A stretch of DNA of 64,000 bases from Eledone cirrhosa (taxonomy: Eukaryota). Shown piece after piece: positions 44,121 to 55,914 of the stretch (positions are counted from its first letter, which is position 1; every line of letters starts with the position of its first letter). The stretch covers positions 382,416,001-382,480,000 of the forward strand of contig OZ024740.1 in the NCBI GenBank assembly GCA_964016885.1, in the 5' to 3' direction. The position numbers were made by a program, and so were the translations under genes. The notes beneath the pieces are model-generated. The model was not told where the DNA came from, searched no databases, and saw nothing but the letters and a program-made list of their open reading frames with translations.

Positions 44121-44302
44121 AAATATATATATATATATATATTTGGATTTAATGCTCTGAAATAGCGATATATATGTGAAGACAAACATAGAATATTCGA
44201 AAATATTCTGTATGTTTATAATAAACATTTTGAAGACCCAATCGCTATAGAATAGAATACGTCACGTATTACAATTTGAGATTCTCGATAAAAGCAAGGG
44301 AA

Positions 44303-44345
44303 GTAACCTACGCGTTTCATTCTTATTAGAAATCATCAGGATTAC
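44303..44345 (-). ncRNA. Minimal type I hammerhead ribozyme
   Basis: Reverse complement of 44645-44687. Confidence 0.85.
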
Positions 44346-44644
44346 ATATCCAATGCTTTTATCGAGAACGACACAGCTAGAGACTTATAGAATACTTAGC
44401 TGTGTACAGGAACTGGTTTGAAAGAGCGGTAGCCGGTCCGGCAGAAATTAGAATTTGGATTTAATGCTCTGAAATAGCGATATATATGTGAAGACAAACA
44501 TAGAATATTCGAAAATATTCTGTATGTTTATAATAAACATTTTGAAGACCCAATCGGCTACCGCTCTTTCAAACCAGTTCCTGTACACAGCTAAGTAATC
44601 TATAAGTCTCTAGCTGTGTCGTTCTCGATAAAAGCATTGGATAT

Positions 44645-44687
44645 GTAATCCTGATGATTTCTAATAAGAATGAAACGCGTAGGTTAC
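44645..44687 (+). ncRNA. Minimal type I hammerhead ribozyme
   Basis: gtaatc-CTGATGA-t-ttct-aata-agaa-t-GAAA-CGCG-TA-ggttac; predicted cleavage after 44681. Confidence 0.88.
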
Positions 44688-44956
44688 TTCCCTTGCTTTT
44701 ATCGAGAATCTCAAATTGTAATACGTGACGTATTCTATTCTATAGCGATTGGGTCTTCAAAATGTTTATTATAAACATACAGAATATTTTCGAATATTCT
44801 ATGTTTGTCTTCACATATATATCGCTATTTCAGAGCATTAAATCCAAATTCTAATTTCTGCCGGACCGGCTACCGCTCTTTCAAACCAGTTCCTGTACAC
44901 AGCTAAGTATTCTATAAGTCTCTAGCTGTGTCGTTCTCGATAAAAGCATTGGATAT

Positions 44957-44999
44957 GTAATCCTGATGATTTCTAATAAGAATGAAACGCGTAGGTTAC
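44957..44999 (+). ncRNA. Minimal type I hammerhead ribozyme
   Basis: Identical copy; predicted cleavage after 44993. Confidence 0.88.
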
Positions 45000-45268
45000 T
45001 TCCCTTGCTTTTATCGAGAATCTCAAATTGTAATACGTGACGTATTCTATTCTATAGCGATTGGGTCTTCAAAATGTTTATTATAAACATACAGAATATT
45101 TTCGAATATTCTATGTTTGTCTTCACATATATATCGCTATTTCAGAGCATTAAATCCAAATTCTAATTTCTGCCGGACCGGCTACCGCTCTTTCAAACCA
45201 GTTCCTGTACACAGCTAAGTATTCTATAAGTCTCTAGCTGTGTCGTTCTCGATAAAAGCATTGGATAT

Positions 45269-45311
45269 GTAATCCTGATGATTTCTAATAAGAATGAAAC
45301 GCGTAGGTTAC
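45269..45311 (+). ncRNA. Minimal type I hammerhead ribozyme
   Basis: Identical copy; predicted cleavage after 45305. Confidence 0.88.
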
Positions 45312-45699
45312 TTCCCTTGCTTTTATCGAGAATCTCAAATTGTAATACGTGACGTATTCTATTCTATAGCGATTGGGTCTTCAAAATGTTTATTATAAAC
45401 ATACAGAATATTTTCGAATATTCTATGTTTGTCTTCATATATATATATATATTTATATATATATATATCTCAGATCACATTTATATCTATATATCTATCT
45501 ATCTATCTATCTATATATGTATATATATATAGATAGATAGATATATTTCTTTATTTAGCATAAAGGCATAAAAAGAAGGGACAAATACAAAGGGGGAGTT
45601 TACATACAATCGAGTAAAAAGGGTGTAACATGAAAATAATCGAAAATAACCTCAAAAGGGAGGGGACGTGATGGAGGTTGCACACACCCCCGAAAAAGT

Positions 45700-48600
45700 G
45701 TGCAATCCTTTGCCCGGGGAGCACATGGAGAAGGTGCTCCCCTCTCCTTTACTTCTTTACCTACAGGATGGTATACAGAAAAGGCCCATTTACACGAGCC
45801 ATTCTCGCCACTATCACCCACCTTGCCTAAAACTGCCTGTGGCCAAGCACCCCTCTCTCCATTCTTATCCTTCTTCCGAAGTGATATCGGAAGAAGTAGA
45901 CCAGACTATGGCCAGAGAGGAAGTTGCCTGACCTCAGACCTTTCAATCGTGTCCACCAAACAACCTCTTTCAACATGGCTATTACGCACAGAAAAACCGC
46001 CTTTGCTTCCTTTGTGAAGAGGGGAGGCGGTTTGATTGTCATCACGGACTCGGCGGTCAATTGAATCGGCGCCACCCGCGACAGCAGTCGTTCGGCGTAG
46101 CCCCACAGATCAGCCACGCCCGGACATTGCACCAATGCGTGCGCAACGGTTTCTTCGTGACGCACGCATCTAGGGCAAATCTTTTTTGAGGGATCCCTGC
46201 CCGGGCGCCCGTGTCTGTAGAGCCTCTCTCGAACGGGTAGAGCCCCCCGGTAGCACTGCCAGGCCAGTGACTTCTGGAAGTTGTCCATTGGTCCTGGGCC
46301 GAAAGTCCTACCGAACAGGCTGGCCAGTTCGTCTTCTTCCATGTCCAGCGACTCTCCAAGGGTGTCATCGCCCCTGCTAGCCACCAGCCCTCTATAGAAT
46401 GATGAGGTGGATTCTCCACCGATGGCCTGGCCCGCTTGCCAGAGAGCCCTGAGCGCCTGAGCACACTCAGTGTGCCAGTCTCCCAGTTTTCCGGATCATT
46501 GCTTGACCCAGGACTGTAGCTCGGTGAGCGAGACGAGTCTCGGAAAGGCTCGTTTCACGAACGGAGCCCACACCGGTTGACCAGTGAGGAATACCTGTAG
46601 GTGCCGTAGCCTTAATGCGTGCCTACGCATCATCAACCACGGCACCCCCAGCCCTCCTTTCGAAGCTTGTTGGCAGCAGATGGATCTTCTCACCATAGGA
46701 GGGCGCTTTTTCCAAAGAAATTGGAAGAGCATGCGTTCCATGGTGGTGAGTGTTTCCTTAGGGCAAGGCACGACAGTCAGTCGGTAGTAAGTGACGGACG
46801 CTATGTAAATGTTCGCCACCTCAGCCCGGCCTTTTAGGGACAGCTTACACTTGGCCCATTTCTGGGTTAGTGCAAACACCTTGTTCGTAACCTCGTTCCA
46901 GTTCTTTTCCACCTGGAGGTCCGGTCCAAACCAGACCCCAAGCAACTTTACCGGGCCCTCCGTCCAGTGTCCGACGACACCGTCAGGAGGCATCGGTCTG
47001 CCTCTCCACGTTCCGAGTTGCAGCCCGGTGGATTTTTCCCGGTTCAGTTTCGCTCCTGACAACCTTTCGTAATCCTCCAGTAAGGTACCGATCGCCTCGA
47101 TCTCCGAGTCGGTCGATACCATTACTGTTACGTCATCGGCGTAGGCCGACACCGCTTTGCTCAATCCTGGTTCCAGGGGGATACCCTGCAACAACTCCAA
47201 CTTCCTCAGTAAAGGCTCGAGAGTCAATACGTACAGAAGGGAGGAGAGAGGGCACCCCTGTCGAATGGATCGTGTGATTTCGAACGGCTTCGAAAGGTAG
47301 CCGTTCACCTTGATCCTAGAACAGATGTGGTTGCTATGTAAGGCAGTGATCCAGCCTCTGAAAACAGGACCGAACCCAGCCGCCGCTAGCACCGCATCCA
47401 GGTAACCATGGTCGACCCTATCGAAGGCCTTAGACTGATCCAAGTTGATCAGGGCCCCACCGAAGCCGGGTTTGTTGCCAACCCTCTCTATGATGTATCG
47501 CATGAGGTGGAGGTTATCGTGAATGGACCTGGATGGGATAGCACATGTCTGCGCATCTCCCACCAGGCCACCCACGACAAGCGCCAACCTCTTTGCTAAC
47601 ACCTTGGCCAAAATCTTTAACTCTGTGTTTAGCAGGGTTATGGGCCAAAAATTATTTATACTATCTCCCTTGTTCTCGTCCTTCCTCACCAGCGTGACTA
47701 CGCCCTTGGCTACAGAACAAGGAATTCTCCCGTTCTGCTGCCAATCGCAGTAGACCGCTTCGAGGAGTTCGGAGAAGAAGACCGGCATTGCTAAATAAAG
47801 TTCGTAAGGTATACCATCGAGACCTGGAGATTTGCGTCTGCTGCATTGGCTCAGCGCATCTCCGATCTCATCAGCCGAGATTGGTCCCTCGCAGGACTCT
47901 GCCTCTTCGCTCGAGAGACGCGGCAGGACGTCGAGGTTGGACCGAAATCCACGCCCCCGCCCGGACCCTCGCCTCCCCCGAACAATCGGGCAAAGCGCCT
48001 TTGAAAGGCCTCGCACATCTGCTTAGGCTCCCGGATCACCCGTCCATCTTCGTCTTGCAACGACCGGATGGTGGATCGATTTCCACTCTTAGCTTCTGTC
48101 ACGCGGGCCCAGCCAACGGCTTTGGCCCCCTCATTACCTAGAGCACGTATTTTACTTTGAATGACGCAGCCTTCGTGCTTTGCATCGAAAAACTGGTTCA
48201 AGGCCGTCCTCGAAACCAGCACTCTGGCCACATCTTCGCTCTTGATTGCCTCTTCTAATTTACCTGTTAATTCTTTCTCGTTTCTATTCCTATCGGCAGC
48301 TAACATCTTGCTATAACTTATTGATTCTGTTCTAATCTCTCTTTTGAGAGATGCCCACCATCGGTTGTTGACGATTGCACCAGTCAACCTCTTCTTAACT
48401 AATCTGCTAATCCGGTTTCTGTAAGTCTCTTTTGCCGGTAAAGACAAATTAAGTTTCCAGTAACCGGGACCCTGTTTATGTGTTTTCTCGAGATTGACTA
48501 CGCAGGTCACTAATTTGTGATCCGTGTAGCCAACCGTGCGCATTTCTGGACAGCTTAATATGTCCCTATCCTTACTTCTAACTAAGAATCTATCTAAGTA

Positions 48601-49196
48601 CGATCTAGATTGACCACTGTGGTTTCTCCAAGTCCAGGTAGGCACAGTTGGAAAATCTAGTCGATATCTATCGGCCAAGTTAAAACGGTCGAGTAACCCC
48701 TTGAGGCTGTTACACCCCCCTCTATTAGAACATGCTCCTGCATAGTCCCAACGTGCATCTAGGATGTCATTCCAATCCCCCGCTAGAAGCAGGGAACGCG
48801 ACGTTCCCAGAAAAGTCTCCAAACGCAGGAAGAAGTCGGGCCGTTCAGCTCCGAAAGGGGAGTAGACGGCGACCAGTCTCAAGGCCGCACTTTCACTACT
48901 GCCAACGTCTAGCACCAACAAACGACCCTCCGGGTCCGAGTGCACAACCTGTACGGCAAGACCCAGGTGTTTTTGCAGCAGTACGACAACCCCACCCCCA
49001 CCTCCAGGTTGACAGAGAGATGCATGCACCTCAAAGTCATCGAAGGTGGGGGCCAGCTGCCCACGACGCTGATTCGAGTCTCACAGATAACCATTACATT
49101 TATACTACATGACCTGAGGTCATTTAGAAGCTTTGCTTGCTTCCAAGTTGAGCCCAGGCCACGTGCATTCAAACATCCTACTCTTAACACATCCAT
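45700..49196 (-). pseudogene. Tx1/L1 ORF2 (APE endonuclease, RT, C-terminal Zn finger), frameshifted
   Basis: CLNARGL, ICETR, AGDWN, SYLDR, TDH, GYWKLN, KSPGLDG, DQSKAFDRV, RQGCPLS, AYADD, CPRC..ETVAHALVQC across 4-5 ORF pieces. Confidence 0.92.
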
Positions 49197-50955
49197 GTGG
49201 GCGGCAGAGCCAAAGGAGAGTGTAGAGACCTACCTTTCCGCTTCCCGGGGTTCGGGTTGCACGACTTCCATGGGGTCTGGGTGTTGGGTGAAGGGGTGTA
49301 TTGTGGTGGTGTGGGGTCGTCAGTGTGTGGTGGGGTTGGGGTGTTTGGAGTTGTGTTGGGGAGGGGAAGGGGAGGGGGAAAGCTTTTTAGTAGGACGCGG
49401 TTTATGGGTTTGACAGAGGGTGGTCCTACGTCGTCCTTAAAATCCTTTTTTAGTTTTTGGTAGAGGTTCATTGGGATCTTTATTAATTTTAAATGTGGGT
49501 AGTTTTCTGAAGAAACAAAGTTTACACCTTCGGTTTGTACCGAAGGATTATTGTTTATGAGTTCATTTAATTTATTATTGTTTCTGTTGATGTAAATATA
49601 GTGTAATGTCTTTTTTTCGGATCGTGTGAGTGTTTCGAAGAGGGGAGGGGCAGGTTTGGTTTTGTTTGTTGCTGGAGGGGTGTTTTCTGTTTTATTGGAT
49701 TGTGTTGAGATTTGGGTGGGGGTTGTTTGGCCTTGTGTGTTTTGCACATGTTTTCTTTTTTTCCTTTTAATCTGTCTGAAGGACTCCGTTTCCTCCTCCG
49801 AATTCGTTGGGTTATCTTCAGTGTTGGAGGGAAGAGGTATGTTTGCTGGTAATGTTTCCGTGTTGGTTTTCTTTGTGGGGAGATGGATGTCACTATGTTA
49901 GACTGTGTTGTGTGTTGTGTCTGCGGTGGTTGTGTTGTTTTATTGAGTGAGAGGTTGGGTGGGCCTGTATTTTGTTTTGGGGTAATGTGTTGTGACTGTT
50001 TGTGTTGTGGTGGTGGTGTGGTTTTACTGAGGGACGGGTTGGGTGGGACTGAGTTTTGTTGTTTGTTTATCTGTTGTGGTGGTGGTGGTGGAGCTGGTGT
50101 TGGTAGCAGGGTTTTCTTTTTGTTGAGTTGGGGACAAGCGGCCTTCAGGTGCCCTCTGCCTGCACAGATATGGCAGGACGGCCTTCTCCCCTCCACGCTA
50201 ATGTTTATATACCCGTGGCCCTCTAATAGGATTCTGTCGGGTATTTGGGCGATGCGTTCAGGCTTCATTTGCACTACCAGCTCTATACCTGTTCCACTGA
50301 ACGCATTGCCTGTGGTTTTCCCAATGGAAATCACGTTGTCATTCACTGGATCGATGAAGCCAGCTATGAGCCAGCAGTAGTCCACATCTGGCATCATTGC
50401 ATCCAGCCATATGCGTTGAGTTCTTTTACCCATATAAGATGGATAAAAGGTAAAATTTTTCGAACGAATCGGTGACAAAGCACATTTTTTTGCCGCCGAT
50501 TCGTTCTTCATGATAATTGCTAGGCTTCCATACAGTCTGTTTTTTCTTATGAAAGTGGTTTCATTAAGTACTTCTGTGAGTACTGTTTTGATATCTGCTT
50601 GAGAAGGCTGTTCAGGTTTTTTTTTTTTAAGTGTTGTTGATGGTGCGGAACTTGACCGTTCGGCTTTCAATGTCTTTGGTGATTCTTGAGGCATTTTTAC
50701 CGATAAAATACCATTCTCTCCTTCACTTATGTATTGTTTGGCGTCTGTGATTCTTCGTGCCACATCAGAAATATTTTCGGGTATATAAGTCAAAGATTTC
50801 TTTGTTGTCTGTGCAAATGAAATCTTGTCGTCTGCTTTACTTTCTGTTATGGTGTTATTTTCAAATGTTATTTTTGTGTTTGTTGTGTCTTTGTTTGTGT
50901 TATTAGTATTGTCATGCAATTTTTCAAAATTTTTTTTTTCGTTGTTGGAATCCAT
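49184..50955 (-). pseudogene. Tx1/L1 ORF1 (gag-like CCHC knuckle, Pro/Thr-rich tail), frameshifted
   Basis: VEGRRPSCHICAGRGHLKAAC; ORFs 49567-50955 and 49184-49747. Confidence 0.85.
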
Positions 50956-51352
50956 GTCCAGATTTGTGTTTTCGTCATTTTTTTTTCTCCGCAGATTCGT
51001 CTGTTTTTATTTTAATTTTTCCTTCCTTCTCTATGACGTTAGTTGGGAAGGAAGGGGGGACTAAAGCGTGCGAGCTTACAACTCTTACCGCTGTCCCCCC
51101 ACCACTATTTTCGTTCGCTGCGTTTAACATTTCTGTTAGACGATTGAAATTTTTTTGCCACAAAATTTTTTAAAACAGGTTTTTCACCTCTAGGAGGGGT
51201 AAAGATGAGCCTGACAGTTCAGACGGGGGGTCAAGCTACACAATCGTATCAAAATTAAATTTGAACTCACAAAATTTCCGCAATAAATTTGAACAAAACT
51301 TCTGCGCGAAGTGAATTACATCCACACTGTAGAACAGACGACAGCTAGATTA

Positions 51353-51404
<52 letters not shown>

Positions 51405-51407
<3 letters not shown>

Positions 51408-51890
51408 TAAATGTGATCTGAGTTTTTCGAATATTAATAATAATTGTTTCTACATTTAGCACAAGGCCAGCAATTACCCAGTGCATTACTGGTACTTTAT
51501 TTTATCGACCCGGTAAGGATGAAAGGCAAAGTTCGACGGGATTTGAACTGAGACGGTAAAGGGACGTAACTCTACTGCAATGCATGGCGTCCGACCCTCT
51601 TCCGACACTGCCATTATCCCGCCCCATCGATTCATTTGCGATTATACAAATAAACCTCTTTTAAGCCATATCAGTAGAATGAGCCCCTCGTTCTTGCACT
51701 AATGAAGGGTAATCAGCCAGAAACATTGGTGTCTGCAGTTCTGTTTACATGCCAACATGAGAGAAAGAATGAGTGACTCATTCTACTGATATGGCTTAAA
51801 GAGTCTTGTTTGCATAATTGCAAAGAATCGAATATCATTATTAATATTCGAAAAACTCAGATTACACTATTTGTATTCAGCCATATAGAG
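51405..51890 (+). mobile_element. Fold-back element with degenerate HHR, left arm interrupted by a SINE (51440-51622, minus)
   Basis: 51416-51440 + 51627-51683 mirrored at 51777-51864; HHR 51694-51738 ttgca-CTAATGA...GAAA-cattggtg-TC-tgcag. Confidence 0.75.
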
Positions 51891-52225
51891 CGATAACTTT
51901 TTCTTTAGTTATCTCTCTCTCTCTCTCTCTCTCTCTCGATATATATATATATATGTGTGTATATATATATATATCCCACCGAAGTTAACAGAGAACTTAC
52001 TAGATCTACAAAATCAAATTGTAAAATCATAATATTATAAAATTCAACGAAATTATTTAGAACTAGAAGTGATGTCATTCTTTTCTTTTTTTAACCGCCG
52101 AGGTTAACTTTGACTTTCATCCTTACGGGGTCGATAAAATAAAGTACCAGTAATGCACTGGGTAATTGCTGGCCTTGTGCCTAAAGTAGAAACAATTATT
52201 TTCTTTTTTCAAATATACATACATC

Positions 52226-52258
<33 letters not shown>

Positions 52259-52259
52259 T

Positions 52260-52312
<53 letters not shown>

Positions 52313-52512
52313 CGGCGATGAATTAGTTTAGCGAGGTTTTTTATATGAAATCGTGTGTCGAAACAGATATTGTTATACAATGGCAACATTGAGGACCAAG
52401 TAAGTTAGATCGCAGATATAAAAGACAGCGAGAAGGGAAAACCAACCAAACAGTGAGTGTGTTCTGTTATTAATTCTGGCAATATTACGCAAATATGACC
52501 CTCCCCAAGTAT

Positions 52513-52602
<90 letters not shown>

Positions 52603-52655
52603 GTGTGGGGGTGTATGCATAAATATATATATATACATACACCCCCACACACTCG

Positions 52656-52694
<39 letters not shown>

Positions 52695-53729
52695 TTAGTG
52701 AGTTATATAGGTTTTTCATAATTACATAGTGAAAGCAAAATCTAATTAGATAAAGGAACTCTGTAGCCACCTTTGCTCTTATATATTAAAACAAGTGTAT
52801 TTTCCATGAGAACCTGCTATTAGGGAGAGCTGCGTTATAATGAGAAACATTGATAACCGTAGATTGAACTCATCGTTGGTATTTGCTTAGTAATTTAAAA
52901 CTGTAAATTACATTAAACATTTGGTGGAGATTTGAATTCTTATTTATAGAAAATAGTATGTTATTTTGTAATCGCAATCTTTTGGTAACGACGGCTTAAT
53001 GCATTTTAGAATTTAAGTTTAATAAGATTAATATCTAGTGCTATACGTAAGATTACATCACTGATTCATTTCACGATCTCATTTTAAAATTAATCTAGTT
53101 AGGGGCCATTCATATTGCGTGATATTACGACTTTCTACTGTAAGAGAAATACTTCACCGAGACGAAGGACACTTCAATGTGAATGCAAAGAAAATATGTG
53201 TGCAAAGAGAGGTCGGGATAGTTCGTTGCCATTGTAATATTTTCCATTTGAAATCATTGATATTTCATAAGCTCCCAACAATGAAATAAAGACTTCTTCC
53301 GTTGGGAATTTCCTCTGCTCTGGGCAGGATGATTGCCATTTAAGCTAAAGTATATACTTTAATTATTAATATTGCTATCCACAAATTTTCTCTTAACATA
53401 GGTACAAGGAAATTAATTAAGTGGATTTAAATAAAGCGTTTTTAGTTTCACTAGTCAAAAACCTTCAGGCGCTTCGAGACATCTCTAAGTGTTAATGGGC
53501 GACTAGAACTGTATCTTAGACGCATGATAGAGCTATGTGGAGCTAACGTATATGGGAGGAGGGTATAAAATCCACGCAAAGCTGCTCAGACATTTCTAAT
53601 TGTCTACCAGGTACCAAATGAATTTTATGAATGTACCAATGTAGACATGGACAAACAGCATCACGCCTTCTATATAAGGTAATTTGTAATGAAGTAGATA
53701 TGGCTCGCATAGGCTAGCCCCAATTCAAA

Positions 53730-55500
53730 GTAGTCGAATATACAAACCATACATTTATTATCTGTCCAGTCAACTTAGATAGGCCTTGTAGATAGGTACG
53801 CGGTTATTGGAAGCTGAACTCGTCAATAACAAATGGTAGTTTTCCCTAAAGCAGACAGTTAGACTAAGATCAATAGGGTTTAGTAAAGGAGTAGCGTTAG
53901 AGAATGTTAGATAGCGTTTGAGCTTGTTAGAATGCTGGAAAAGGCTCTTAGCAAATGCAACGCAAATGAGTCGCTTGCGGTGAGATTGTTTCTCGTTGAA
54001 TCAACGCAATGTACGAAGGCTACGTTATCAGAGCTAGGTCGCATGATCTTAGGCACGAGAGGATGAAATCTATTCGATGACCCCGAGTGGAGGAGGCACG
54101 ACGTGGCAACTGAGCCACAACCCAGTTTTGAGTATAGCATGACGGGCACAGGTTACTGAAACCCAAGCGGATAAGTACGGCTTTTCAAAGGGAGCGGTGG
54201 TTGGCGCTTGTCCTCGGTGGTCTGGTAGGAGTGGTACACCCATGTACCATCCCAAACACATCCATCCATGAGAATTTCTTCCTCATGCGATACATCATTG
54301 AGAGCGTGGATAAGAAGCTTGACATGTATGGGACCCTGGCAAAGTTAGATCAATAGAAGGTTTTTGATAGGATCAGGCATTGATAGCCTGCGGCAGACTT
54401 CAATGCAGCCGGCTTCGCGTGCATTTTCAGGGACTGGAACACTGCAATGCACAGTGATATCTGCTTTGTGGTAACAGAGAACGGCTACCTGTTAGAATCT
54501 TTCAACATCATGCGCTCTGTCAAAGAAGGCTGCATTTTCTCGTCTCTTTTGTATTCGAGGCATTAATACACAAATTGGAAACGTTGAGTGGAATCCACTG
54601 CTAACTAGGATGTGGGAGGTCTATGTCAGCATATGGCGACGACTTCACCATAGAGATGTCAAAGACCAAACCCATTGGGATGATCGGCACCACTCTTAGG
54701 GACTACGAAGCAGTAACAGTTACAAAAATTAAACAAGAAATGTCGATGGCACTGCAGCTCGACATATGGAGAGGCAGGTCCATGCCCTCCAATAGCGGCG
54801 TCAGGCGCTGGATGTATGGTCAGCTTAAATTGCCCAGAAATTGGCCGAGAGGAAGTTATCCCTGAAGGATCGGGAAGAAGTGGTGAAGGTGTGTATTGTG
54901 TCCGTCATCTACTGCCGTGCCTTGCTGTTGTGCATAGGACGGATCCGGCTATCAATTGACTCCATTGTGCAGATCAGTCCGCCGCCTTCTTTTGGCCGGG
55001 AAGTGCTAGCCGTTTTCTTTTCTCTGCTCGCGGTAATAAAAGTGGTTGAGTGGTGATCCAAGTTGAAAGGACTGAAGACACACACGTTTCTCTTCGGCCA
55101 ATCCCTCATCAACTTTTTCATGTTTCACTTGGAAAGGAAGTTGAGGTGAAGAGAGAAGTGCTGCCCCCCAGTACATTTGCTGAAAGGTGGGTAAATGTTG
55201 CGAGAATGGCCCGTGTGAGTGGGCCTACTCGGATCATGCGCTTGTAGGTGGGTGCATTTGAGGAGGAGAGGGGGGGCCCTGTCTGGGTACACTCGAAGCG
55301 TCGGGTGGTTCAGGATTGGTGTGGTAACTGAGTCAATCCTGGATGGTTATCCCTCCGTATTGGGGAATTTTCATTGTTGTATTTTTCTTATTTTGTTATT
55401 GTTATTTTTTTTTACATGCTTTATAAGTAAATGCCCCGCTGTCCCAGTCTAGTGTATCATCCTCTATATGTCGGCCCTTGTGGCCAATAAATGAAACCAT
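53730..55500 (+). mobile_element. Old, internally deleted Tx1/L1 copy
   Basis: GYWKLN, LMRYIIE, SAYGDD, AERKLSLK fragments; AATAAA then (TTA)n. Confidence 0.8.
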
Positions 55501-55552
55501 TATTATCAGTATTATTATTATTATTATTATTATTATTGTTATTATTATTATT

Positions 55553-55840
55553 CTTTGCGTCTCAGACATTCATGTTATTTAACTGGAAAGTTTGTTGAAA
55601 TGAATGTCAAGCCGCTACGTTCAACCTCAGATATTCAGGACGTATCGGAGGGTTCTTGCTGTTCCCGGCAAGCATGCCTTTTAAAGTGTTCCAAAAAGCG
55701 GGGATGCACTAATCTTCTTTAACCATCCTTGGAAACTCTTTGAGATAGTACCTAGTGCGCCTATGACAATCGGGACGACATTGATTTCATGGCAGTTCCA
55801 AATCCTTTTTAACTCCCACTTAAGTCCTGGTATCGGTTAA
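55553..55840 (-). mobile_element. 3' fragment of R4/Dong-like element (diverged)
   Basis: Homologous to 55915-56200; flanked by (TTA)n and (TTC)n. Confidence 0.85.
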
Positions 55841-55869
55841 TGTTCTTCTTCTTCTTCTTCTTCTTCTTC

Positions 55870-55901
<32 letters not shown>

Positions 55902-55914
55902 GTTATTGTTATTC

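Larger units (their letters stand above)
44141..45437 (+). repeat. 312-bp tandem array with hammerhead ribozymes (retrozyme-like): ~2.8 units forward plus ~1.3 units inverted
   Basis: Unit starts at 44556, 44868 and 45180; 44141-44555 is the reverse complement; units are nearly identical; TA flanks. Confidence 0.95.
45546..51345 (-). mobile_element. Near full-length Tx1/L1-clade LINE inserted in (GATA)n
   Basis: ORF1 plus ORF2 (APE-RT-CCHC) with frameshifts; AATAAA near 45550; GATA repeats on both flanks. Confidence 0.93.

Noticed and set aside
44556-45437. CRISPR-like array
   Set aside because: Whole 312-bp units repeat with no unique spacers; eukaryotic context; no cas genes.
49883-50380. 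Cys/Gly/Val-rich ORFs (also 59789-60330)
   Set aside because: Antisense shadows of the Pro/Thr-rich LINE ORF1.
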